Assembly (NCBI GenBank): GCA_036172245.1
Contig: JAYWIR010000008.1
Span: 496,001-560,000, forward strand
Direction of reading: 5' to 3'
Length of the DNA: 64,000 nucleotides
Source: Raillietiella orientalis
Lineage: Eukaryota
Shown in pieces: positions 1-10,700 of this stretch. Position numbers and translations under genes: made by a program. Positions within the stretch are counted from its first letter, which is position 1. Every line of letters starts with the position of its first letter. The notes beneath the pieces were generated by a model that was not told where the DNA came from, did not search any database, and saw only the letters and a program-made list of their open reading frames with translations.

Positions 1-59
1 CCGGAGCTTTACTGGAGAGGCAGTCTCCCTGGATCCTTTCGGGGATCCCCGTGGGCGGT

Positions 60-1535
60 ACTTTTAAGTGTGTCTGTTGGAGACTTCTGCGCTCCAAATT
101 CAGGACCCGACTTACTTGAAAGACGGCGAAGGCGAAGACGCTGGATCCGTTCGAGAGATGCTCCCGCCGCGGTGCGGGAGGCAGTGTCAAGCAGCTTCGT
201 GGATCCCTCCTCTGACCCCCGACTTTGCCTGCTCCCGCCTTTAGGGGCAAACACTTGGCGGAACAGCCTCCTCAGAAGATACCTGGGAAGCTGGAGGAGG
301 CCTAGGTGCTAACTCAGGAGCTCTCGGAGGCGCCGCTCCGCGCCATTGGATTGGAGGAGACATTGGGACGAATGGGGCAGCATCTGAACTGCTGTTCAGA
401 AGACCACCTGTAGGTTCCCGGCTGCAGAGCTAACACTACTGCCATACCCACTAGAAGCGATGAGCGTTTACGACCGTGCGTGCAGGGGAGGAGGAGGAGG
501 AAGGGAGGAGGAGAGGAGGGAGAGGGGATGAGAAGGGAAGTAGAAAGAGAAGACTTGCAAAAAGTCTCTTCGTAATGCCACGAGGCACATCGAACGCTCC
601 GCTGCCAAGACAACACTTCGCCACGATGAGCCGGCTAACAGACTGAGGAGAAATGGCTGCGACGAACCGGGGCCCGATTTTTTCCAGCCAATCCTTTCCC
701 CGGGGTAGATCCCAGCCTTCTGACCACGCGTATCCTTTCCAAACGACGGGAAGGGATCAATTCGACGTCGTTGTCCGTCCCTTCGAGACAAGCGTTAGCC
801 CTACCAAGCCTGAAAAGACTTCGAGAAGAGTAAAGAGCAGTATTTGTCAACCCGGTGAAAAATGGCGATAGAGCGTCCCGGAGGACCGCTGACAGTCCCC
901 ATCGCCTGCATGCGAGGGGCAACGAAACCACTCAGTCCGAATTCCGAGGCACAAGGGCATCTTCGAATGCTCGCGGGAGGGCTGACCCAAATCCAGTGAG
1001 CCGAGTAGTTCCCGGCCCGACTCAAGACCCCGGGAATCACTTGAAACCCTTTGAGGCCGCTCCATTCCATTCCCTATATATTTGTTTCTTTATTTGTTGT
1101 CCAACCTTCCTCCCTGGTTCCGTGTCCTGTCTTTGAGCAGTCCCTTTGGGTTCCGGTTGATCCTGTCTATCCTTCTCTGTCCACGGCCGTGAAATCTGAT
1201 TTCTTCCTTTCAAAGAGATGGCCCGGTTATCCAGGATGAGAAGGAAGGGGAAAGAGTAACTCCTGGCTCGGCGTTTCTCCAGTAAAGGAGTGCTAACAGG
1301 AGGCACCACTGCAGGAGCCCTCCTCAGTGCTCGGGACCCAGGTGACGACAAGGCATCAGAGGAACTGGGAGGAGGAAAGGGGAGGAGAGCACAGTAAACT
1401 GAAAGGAAGCAGCACAACAACGATTCCGGAGGCTGCGCTGGAACACACAGGACGGACCTGTCGAGTGCGAGGAGGTCACAAACTGAAGAATGACCGCCAT
1501 CTTCTACGGTCGCAATACCGCGGTCACTGTGGAGA
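60..1535 (+). mobile_element. Decayed Penelope-like retroelement (RT C-terminal half, GIY-YIG remnant, pLTR with hammerhead-like motif); probably extends left of the window
   Basis: Frame-broken translations resemble PLE motifs in the expected order: VGDFCAPNSGPDLLE (~MGS..AP..A.L.ME), RWIRSRDA (~W.RY.DD), FVDPSSDPRL (~LNS..P.I.F), LFRRPPVGSRLQS*HYCH (~VYRKPT...YL...S.HP), FDVVVRPFET (~I.V.FRP..T), DSPHRLHARGNE (~T.R.L..R..EH), then a hammerhead-like motif at 1477-1531. Judged by eye. Confidence 0.55.
1477..1531 (+). ncRNA. Degenerate type I hammerhead ribozyme-like motif (Penelope type)
   Basis: CACAAA-CUGAAGA-AU-GACCG[loop]CGGUC-GCAAUA-CCGCGG-UC-ACUGUG. Intact CUGANGA box, 5-bp helix II and palindromic helix III (ACCGCGGU) followed by UC. 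The GAAA box is mutated and proximal helix I is mismatched. Confidence 0.4.
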
Positions 1536-2379
1536 TCGCAGATGGCATCCACGGCATCTCGCGCGCCCTTCTGTGGAGTGTGTGTTAGACGTCCGTCAAC
1601 AGCAACGCTGCGGTGATGAGTCGTGCGTTGACCAAGTCGCCCGCTCCAGAGGCCGACCGCTGCCGCTTCGCTTTAGGGAAGCCAGCGCTCCGACCGAGGG
1701 CTGAGGATGTGAGTGAATCCCCTACAACCGAATTCACCATCTCTGGAGGATTGTCTTGGGTCTGACTCGATCGACCTCGTCGTTACAAATGTGTACAGAC
1801 CGAGTGACGCTGAGTGGCGTGCCGAGAGAATATAGTTCATCGGTGCCTTTCAGAACCAGAGGCTCGCTAGCTCCTGCCCAAGGGTGGCTCACCTCATTGC
1901 AAGGGACTTCAGCGTCCACCTGCTTTCAGAGGAGATCCACTACCACAGGTAGTGGATATTTACCATAGGTAAATATCGCTGGTGGAAGAGTTGTGCGCGT
2001 CCGTGCACTAGTGCAACTTGCTCTCTGGCGAACCTGGGATGGAGGCATCGCCGGTGAAGTTTCGGGAGGAGGAGAGGAAATTGAGTTATTTGAAGCGAGC
2101 TGTTGAGAGGATGACGACATGACTTATCAAATTCTTGATCGCCACGAATGGCGACGTCAGCAGCTGGAAGCAGCTGCCAACCACGAAGTTGATCAGTTGT
2201 TGTGATGGCATCCACCTCCTCCTGCCACGCGGAAACAGAAGAGTTTACGATGATGACTGCTTTTCCTAGCAGCTGGTGCTTGGGTGACTTGTGAAGGTCC
2301 CTCATCCTGGCAACTTTTCCTTATTCCAGTAGGTCTGATGGATTCCAAGAAAAGGGACGCCCTGTTCTTTCACGGGCAA

Positions 2380-3410
2380 AATGGTGTTCCTGGACCAGCT
2401 TGGTTGTGCTGCTCCAAAGAGCATGCTAGGAAGAGCACATCTTTCAGCGTTGGTCGCACTCGGAGGGAGGTTGCGTGCGCAACCTTTCTCTTCCGTTTCC
2501 AACTAGAGCACCAGGTCGTTCCCGCATAGGCCAAGACGCAGTTTCTCCCCAAGGATCCCCCCAGACGCAACAAGATTCAGGCAGTAAAGATCAGGGAGCT
2601 TCTCGTTTCACTCCTTTAAACAACATGGTGTTTATTCTCGACTGGATCCGGCGGATGGATCCGAGTTCTTGGTCCACAACAAATGTGTCCGATTAAGGAT
2701 GCGAAGAGCTCACCAGCTCCACCTCCACTCAGGACTCCGGGCAGAGTATTCGTGAAGGGCTCGTCTTCCAAATCAATGAAAGATAAGCAGGTGTCCTTCC
2801 ATCTTCTGCTAGTCACCATCCAGCCTGCTTCGAAGAATGAAGTTTCCTTCAAGATCCCAGCCGAAAGGCAGGAAGACCTTCTGCGGAGAAATGCACCCCC
2901 GGAAAGCTGAGGGAGGAGCATCCAACATGTAATCTGTATATGCACCCTCCAGTTGAAATCGTCGTCATATGGGCACTCCAGGCAACAGGGGAATGGAGAT
3001 GGCCATTGATTGTTCCCATTCTCAGGCGCCTTCCTCATCATGAGGCGAAATCCAGGACGGAGATCAGCAACCCGACGTCAGGGACTTCAGATTTCCATCC
3101 TGTACACGTGGCACCACGGCACCTTGAGGACGAGTTCCTCCATTTTGCTCGAGATTATTACTCAAGGACATGATTTCATTGTGGGAGGTGGGACCATCCT
3201 GGACCACCCATACATTCCTGGAGAGGAGTGGGTCTATCTGAGTGTATTTTACGCACCCTTGAATCGGCGGTTCAGGGATCGTTCGGTACCCAGTCTCCGA
3301 GTGGCCAGGTGACGTCCGCGGATAGTGATCGAACTCCTGGGCGATGGGGCATCAGCGCGGGCACTCGGACGAGACGGGCACGAGGGCGTGCGTACCTGGG
3401 AGAACCTGCC
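2380..3410 (+). mobile_element. Decayed BEL/Pao LTR retrotransposon pol (post-RNase H / integrase region)
   Basis: Remnants VPGPAWLC (~W..GP.WL), SRFTPLNNMVFILDWIRRM (~RFS....L.RV.AW..RF), WPLIVP...HVAP (integrase Zn-finger region) and TPGRWG...LGRDGHEGVRT (~P..W.LG.....G.DG.VR). No intact ORF. Confidence 0.4.
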
Positions 3411-5516
3411 ACAGGCCTCCCTTGAGAGGAACCGTTGGTCTCGCCCCCGCGTGGGGGCAGCTCCGGACTTCACCTGCTCGCCCGGCAGGCAACAGCGGCT
3501 CTGCTTCCGAGCCGGGAACCCCCGCGCAGCGTACGCCGTCGTCACCTGGCGAAGAAGAAAGGTTCCTCCACACGTGTGCGAGGAACGGGCGGGAAGGGTC
3601 ACCACTGCTGACCGCCTGCGGCGAGTGGGAAGAGCCCTCTCGTTCGCCCCGAAGGTCTCTTGCGGCTTTCCTCGCTCGAGAGGGACTTCCGCCTGCCTCT
3701 GCAGGCGTCCTCCTATGCCACGTCCGCAGCGCCGCGATGGCTCTCCTGGTGGCAGAGCCTCGTGATCGGAGGAGCAGTGAAGTCCACTGACCCTGACCTT
3801 CATTATTGCCATTTTCCATCAGTTTTTCTTCCCCTTTCACATGTGGTCCATTCTACTGTCCTCAGGCGAAGTTCATCACAAGCATGGTGCGACCTCTTTT
3901 AAACTGTAAATATTTGTCTAATCTAGAATGAATGTTTGTTTTTTGAAAACAAATGCCTTCCGGCGTGAGTGGGTGAGAAACGAAGGGCTTCGGGAAGTCA
4001 GTCAGTCCACCACGGTGATGCCCGTGCACCCCGTTCCTTATTTTGTTATCTGTTCATTGAGCCTACTTCCTCTCCTTGAACTTCACAAGCGTTCCGTCCT
4101 CGAAAGGGGAGGGAGAAGGTTGTCCCTTCCCTTTGGGATAGGCACATGTGGATCCTTCTCTACCTCTATCCCTTCTTGCAGCTTAGTGACCGCACAATCC
4201 GAGGTGGAAGACCCCCCCTCCCCCCAGCAACTGGCGGAAGGCCACTCGAGAAAGAGCGAGGCAGGCGGTTGCACCCTCGGTCCAGCCCGCATTCCGAGGC
4301 CGCGCCGGAAGTGCCGACTCCATCGCTGTGTGAACGGCAGGACCCCCTCCCGGCATGCCGAACGCCATTCCCGGACTCCAGCGCAAAGGCACCCCCTCCC
4401 CTCCCTTTTCAGGTGCGCCTTTTTCTTATCTTGCAGTCGTCTTCATCTCTGAGCCTCGGTGGCGCTCTCACGAGCGTGTGAACAAGAGATCCCTCTCGGT
4501 CGGCGCTTCCGTCCCGGGGAAGAGAGCGGAAGAGGCGCTTGCGCTCCCGGAAGGTGAGTGGGAGGTTCGCGCTTGCGGTTTCCAGCGACCTTCCTCGACG
4601 CCACGAGGATGGCCAAGGTCGCCGGATATAGATGCAGCAGGGAACAGGCGTGCCAGCAGACGTTCCAGATGCGCTCGTGCACATCGAGGGGAGTCGAACA
4701 GGAAGCTCGGAGAAGATTTTTCCGGAAATCCCCTCCGTTTCGCCGTGAGGGAGCCGCTGCTGCGGCTCTGCGGAACTTTGCACGCGGCAACCGGCACGCC
4801 AAAGGCGCTCCCGCGTCCCAAGGCACCTTGCATTCGGGAAGCAGCGTCGTGGGGAGGGAGTGGGGGAAGCTGACACAGACCTCGGGGCGTCGCTCCGGCG
4901 CGCGACACTGCGATGCAGCACTGAGGATGAGGCGACAGTTCACAAATTCTAGGAGGGTCCGGTCTCTTTGGAAAAGGCGAGAGAGGGGAAGGATATCCAT
5001 CCGGACATGAGTGGTCCACTCTCTGAGCATCCGGTGAACGCCCATTTTTGGCAGCCGCGCCCTTTCGCTGTTTTAGCGCAGGCGAGGTTTCTCTCCCCCC
5101 AGATCCCACCCGGGAACCCGCGTGTCCCGAAAAGGGGCAGCAGTTTGGCAAGGTGTGTGACCCAACGTAAGGGTGGAGAGTGCAGAGCTGATGCCTGTGG
5201 ACAGCAAGACACCGTCCAGGTCCTTATGGAACGAGAAAGGAGAAGGCGGCGAGGGCACCGGAGTCGGGCGGGGCGACTGGAAGGGAGGAAAGTCGTCGTC
5301 GGCACGGAAGTTTCGCCATGGCTGCCACGAAACGACCGCGGGCATTGCACTCGTGGGCAAAATTCGCCAACAAGGAGCCGCAGGCGGATCGCTGAAACAA
5401 TTTAAAAAAGAACTGCAGACATGCTGAGACAAGCTGGTTCCAGTGGTGTCGCTGGAGCCGTATCGCACCGAGCAGTTGCCCCTTTAATTTCCGTGACCGC
5501 TCCCACAGAGAGGACG

Positions 5517-6452
5517 ATGGAACCCCTCAGACGCAGGACAGCCCGCCTGGTGGCTCTTCAGCTCTGGAGGAACCCTGAAGTCGTCCACGAAATAGCGAAT
5601 TTGCTGTCCACGAAAGGCGTCTCTGTGTCCAGGAAGACGTGGGTGAAGATCGAGTACAGAATCCTGAAGAGCCTGCAGAAGCTGCCCAACGATGCTTTCC
5701 TCAGTCACCTGGTCCAAGATTCCGTGACTGAGATCGGGGAAACCCTGCTAAAATGCGTGGTCCTCCTCGGGTGCGACCGGAATGAGCGGAGGGGCTCCAT
5801 CCTGAAAGAAAGCCCGACCTCCACTTGGCAAACGAACCTTGTCCTGGACAGGTGGTTTGCAGAGTCCAAATACTTCCCGATAAGATTCCTAGGCCATCTG
5901 CGGTGGCAGGCGACGGGGTCGCTTGACATCCGGAGCCTGGTGAACGCCTTCCTAAACGATAGCGACCTGCCCGTCCCGTACCGCTACAAGTTGGCTTGCA
6001 AATTCATCAGAAGGAGGGATGTCATCCGCCTGTGGAAGGAGATGACCGAGGAGCAAAGAAACCACGCGGACTGCCGGGTCTTGGACATTTTCAGAGAGAT
6101 TGCCTGCATCCGAGACATCAGCAAGGAAACTTGCACCGTGGAGCCAGCCCACGGGAAGAGAAGCAACGTGGAAGCGCTGATGCGAAGGCACAGGATAATG
6201 ATCAAGTGCAGGACCGAAGCGCTGATGCTAAAGTGCATCCAAGAAAACAACGAAGTGGCTTTCAGGTATCTTTGGAGCATGGGAAACTACGGGATCCGGG
6301 ATGCACGGTTCGATGCTTTGAGGCAGACAGCGCTCAGGTTCCGCAGCAGGGACGTCCTCCGCACTATCGATTGCCTGGCCTACGGCGAAAACTGGGTCGG
6401 GACCCATGCCTACCAAGCAAGGAAGATTCTTGCCTCGCATGGACGCCACTGA
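5517..6452 (+). CDS. Intronless uncharacterised protein (311 aa) with BC-box-like N-terminus; resembles an arthropod-expanded orphan family
   Basis: Clean ORF with protein-like composition. Motifs PLRRRTARLVALQLW, LRWQATGSLD, RYKLACKF...IRLW and NEVAFRYLW match my recollection of an uncharacterised family expanded in spiders and some insects. ATG 5517 follows an acceptor-like pyrimidine tract ending CAG at 5508; the upstream in-frame ATG at 5421 is an alternative start. Confidence 0.75.
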   Translation: MEPLRRRTARLVALQLWRNPEVVHEIANLLSTKGVSVSRKTWVKIEYRILKSLQKLPNDAFLSHLVQDSVTEIGETLLKCVVLLGCDRNERRGSILKESPTSTWQTNLVLDRWFAESKYFPIRFLGHLRWQATGSLDIRSLVNAFLNDSDLPVPYRYKLACKFIRRRDVIRLWKEMTEEQRNHADCRVLDIFREIACIRDISKETCTVEPAHGKRSNVEALMRRHRIMIKCRTEALMLKCIQENNEVAFRYLWSMGNYGIRDARFDALRQTALRFRSRDVLRTIDCLAYGENWVGTHAYQARKILASHGRH

Positions 6453-7479
6453 CTCGGCTCGTCGCCGGCAACGAGGCTGGGAAAGGAATGGGAGCCATTG
6501 GAACCCTCCAAGGCAACCGCACCACCTGCCCGGATACTGGAAGCATGGGCAATCCCAGCAACCTTTCTGAGCCAAACAGTCATCAAGCGGTGACACCGCC
6601 GACCGAGTGGGCGCGTTCCATGGCACCTTGTTTTCTCTCTTTCCGGAGCCCGTTCGAAGGGGATGCAGCGCTCCAGCCGCACACATGCGTTGCTTGGCCG
6701 AGCGAGCAAGGGCGTCACTGCGCCATCCCTCACACGAGCAGTCGCTTCAGAGTGGAGAACGAAAGCGGTCCGAATTGTTTCGAGGGACTTCACATACCCT
6801 TCTCTCCCATCCCTCCCTTTTTCCTCTTCTCCAAAACAAAGAATTGCTCCGTCATGGCTACAATCCATGGAATCTGGTTGGACTTTGCATCTTCTGCGAG
6901 GAAAGAGGAGATCCGACATCAGGAGCAAAGTCCTTATAGGCACGATGCAGTTCTTCCGGGGAAGAGCGGCAGCCAAAGCGTGCTGGCCGGCCCTCCACGC
7001 AACGCGCTGGATTCCGTCCGCGGAGGCGCAGAGCGCCCGCGACTGGAACTGAAGCGTCCCGTGTCCATCACAACACTGCCGAAGAACCAGATGCCCCTCT
7101 TGCTCCTCACAGAGGAGAAAACAGGATAGTTCTCTGGAGGTCGATCGTCGCCTTGGTGGAAACTATGCTTTCCGAGTTCTCCGAGACTCCACCGGACCAC
7201 TGTGGCCGCTGCCTTGCCTCTCGGAGAACCTCGTCCACGCTCCGTGGGCCCACCCGACGAGTATGCCGCAGCTATAAGAGTCAAAAAAGGTTTCCGAAGC
7301 ACTCGGATTTGGGAACAGATAGGTGGCGCAAATGCCCTGCTCGCTCGGGGTGCAGCTAGCCACTTGCCATTTCCGAGCGGCACTCGCCTATCGAAGAGTC
7401 AGAGAATTGCTCTCGAAGATCGAAGCAACCCCTAGCATTCCCCGGGATGTTCCGGAGAAAAGCAGCCTGGAAGCCCCCT

Positions 7480-9770
7480 TCACAGAAGACGGAAATTCGG
7501 AAGCGATTTCCCGGAGAACGAACGAACGCGACCACGCTGATGGCCATCGTGAGGATCGGTGGTCTCCCGGCAGGGGAACTGCTCGCCACAGGCATCCGGG
7601 TCACCAAGCGATCGAATGAAGGCACATTGAGTTCTTCGTGGATCAAGGAACCACTGTTGCACTACTTTCTGACAACAAGAATGCTTTTTACTGTTGCTCT
7701 TGTCTCCATTTCCAGCTCTCCTGAAAGGTCGGTCAGCTTCTCCTGAAAGGTGAAAAGGTTGAAAAGGCTGTTGCATGGCAGCAGGGGCCTTGCCTCGCAG
7801 CTGAAACGGGAGCTCCTCACAGGAGCCAAAGGAAGCGACGTCCTCAGTCTTGAGCGCATTCGGCACCTCGTCGCAGGGTTGACTCATCCGCTCGATGATG
7901 CCCTGGAGGGATGCGTACTGAATGCGGTATTTCGGGCACTCGGATGGTTTCCCGTGCAAAGCCCCTGAGAAACCGGGAGCGTTCAAACAACCTGACACTC
8001 AAGAAGAGGACTTCGAACCCTCTAGACACCACGATGGGGACCAATACTCTTCACTTGAGGGCGGGGAAATGCAATATTGGGATGTCTGTGATCCATTCGA
8101 TGTGCCTCTGGCTGCTTCCATGTCATTCTTGCAGGAAGAGAGATCTAGAATGTTTGAAACTCTTCTAGATTCAGACAGGTCTGTGTGGAACCAACAGGAC
8201 ATGCTCTGAGGAAGGTTTCTGGAGGTCTCCGTGTCTTTTACTTCTCCGCAGCCTGATCGGAATGGATGTGCGGGGGGTATGGTCTTCGCCTTCATCTTTC
8301 TTATCAAAGAGTCTTCGCAAAGGTGCTCTCAGCTGCACAGAGGTGCGCGGGGCCACCTCTCTCTCAACGGAACACCGCGTAGGAGCAGCAGCAGTTTGCT
8401 TGCTGCTCTCGAGTCGCTGGCTCTCTAAGAGACACTTCCCAATTCCTGCTTCCGGATTCCTTACGTCTGCTTCGTCCTCAAATCTTGGAAACGGTCGGGG
8501 TCGGCAAAAAAGCCGAAATCAAGCGATGGCTTGCAGCATCTTCCCGCCGATAAATGGAAACCCACGGTCTTCTCATTCAGGAATCCAGGAACGACCCGAG
8601 AGCAAGGAGCTCTGTCCAAATCCAGCGGCGCAAGCGGTCGTCGACGACCCAGCGAAGCGCGTCGGAGGTGTCGGCGCATGCCCGGTGCATGCAAAAAAGC
8701 TCTACACCTTGGCAGCCCTGCCTTGGCAGAGCTGCATACCGAGACGTGGACTCCGCGGCCGTTTGCGTTTGCAGCGGCCCATCGCAGGTTTCACCGCTTG
8801 CGCACGAAACGAAAGCGACCTCCCTGCTTTCCTCGGACGGGACAGGCGTGTAGACGTGCAAGGGAACCATTCCACTCCCATCTTTCGGGCGTCAAGACCC
8901 GAAAGATGTCAAGACCGCGTGGGAAGAAAGGAAAGAAGGCGACAGGCGTCCATTGTGCTGCCCTGCCGACATGGAACCAGGAAGTCGACTTCCGCCTCCG
9001 CTCGCAAGGGTCGAGGGAGGGTGTTGGTCAGTTCAGCTGCTCAGTGTTCCGCGTTCTTCTCTCGCGCAAAGCTCTTGCAGGGCAAAGCACATCGGCATGC
9101 CATCTAACGTGAGGCATTCAGCGCCCCTTGGACAGAGACTTCGGTACGTAGCTTCGACGGATTCTCAGATTCCCGAGACAAACCAAAGTGTTGAAGAAAC
9201 CAGTGGGGAGAGGAGGGGGGTCCAGAACGTCTCTTCGTGTAATAATCACAGTGGTGATGAGAGTGCACAGCGGATCAAACGTCAAGACCTGCACACAAGT
9301 GTTTCAAAGAGACCTTCCGAACGAACGGAGGTGGACAGCCTCTCCATCGCCACCAAAAGCCATCCCTACAAGCCTTCTTTTCTGGAAGAACAATGAGAAA
9401 CGCGGGGCGTGGTGCGAGCACATCTTTTCCGTGGTAGGTGCCCGAGAGCGGAAACTTTGAAGCGTTCCACACGACTGCTGCTCGTGGTCGAGCGTACTCG
9501 TCGAGTCCGCAGCCGCAAGAGTCATCAAGCGGTGAGCAGAGAGCATTTCGTAGCAGCTTCCGTTGCTGCAAATCTCAGGAATGCAGCCTCCTCCCTTCAT
9601 GCCTCCAGGGGGCGCATGCAGGAGTGCCGAAAACACGTAAGAGAAGCTGAGAACCCTGTGGGCAGCACGGACACCCATCGGGTTGCCGTCCGGATCCCAC
9701 AGGAAGGTCGAAGAGCAAGTGGACGCCACCCAAAAAAGCTTCCCGCACCTCCGCTGATGGGTCTCCACCG
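7480..9770 (-). mobile_element. Decayed Gypsy/Ty3 pol remnant (RNase H - integrase)
   Basis: Minus-strand fragments: VPSEESREVAF...QGVELFCMHRAC (integrase HHCC region) and YASLQGIIERMSQ...EELPFQLR...PFQPFHLSGEADRP (~HPQ.NG..ER...LP...SPF.L..G..R.P). Many stops and frameshifts. Confidence 0.4.
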
Positions 9771-10299
9771 TCGACTGTCGCCGAGGGCAGGCGCGGTCGG
9801 AAGGTGGGGAGGAAGGAGGAGCCTATGCCCTCTGGATGCGACTCGCCGTGGGGTGCGCGGGGATTTCCTGGGGAGTCATCGAGCGCTGCGGCTTCCCACG
9901 TGGACTCACCAGCCGCCTGGCGCTCTCAGGGTTCATTGGGGTTTGTGAGCGAGCCCGCTAGGCGCCGAATCCGTACAGCGGGGACGTCCCTGCCGCTTGA
10001 GGGCGTACACCAAGTCCATGCGGCGGCGGTGGACGTCTTCCGGTTGGCGTACGCAGTGTACGTGACGGCGTCGCGGATCTCATTCCCCAGCTCGATTGAA
10101 ACCCGGTTCTCCGAGACATTTATTTTTTCAAATAAACTTATATAACCTGTGACTGGACCAGTAGTCCAGCCACGCCCTGGAAACACTTAGCCTGCCGGGT
10201 TACCGGTGCGCAGACCGGCGCGGTCGACCTCGGCAGCAGAGGGGAGGGGGAATCAAAGAAAAAGAAAACAAAAAAATAAACCGAAACCGGGGAGGGAGC

Positions 10300-10700
10300 G
10301 GGAAGGGATCACTGTCTGCTGGGAGGGTCCGTCATCCTCTGGAGGATGCCGGCAAGCTGTTGCTGAATGGTGGATTTCAGATGGGGCCATCGCGTCGCCA
10401 CTCCTCAGGAAACGGGCGGCGTACACGGTGGCGTTCCTGTCGCTGGACCCTCCCGTCGCTTTGCTCCGGGCCACGACGATCCCGCGTAGGCAGCACAGGG
10501 CTGCAAGCGAGGCCGCCGGAGGCAGGGCGTCACGGACGAAGAGGGGGATTCCCCAGCTCGAGGACTGGGACAGATTGAAACGCTCAGTGCGCGAGTTCTG
10601 CGACCAGTTCCCCCTGGACCAAATCTTCCTTCAGATTTCAGCGTTGTCATCCGGTCGCGCCGGGGCGTTTATTACAAAACTCGCGACATCCGTGGTACAA
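10300..10700 (+). mobile_element. Tc1/mariner transposase C-terminal remnant
   Basis: ORF 10206-10781 contains ITVCWEGPSSSG (~VMVWG.IS..G), ISDGA (~QQDGA) and WDRLKRSVREFCDQFPLDQIFLQISAL (~LK.AI...W..IP...I...I.S). Confidence 0.4.

Noticed and set aside
5996..7129. 377-aa plus-strand ORF overlapping the orphan gene
   Set aside because: Alternative frame with low-complexity composition; the 5517-6452 frame carries the recognisable motifs.
9944..10185. Possible solo LTR (TG...AATAAA...AACA)
   Set aside because: No second copy, PBS/PPT or target-site duplication visible.
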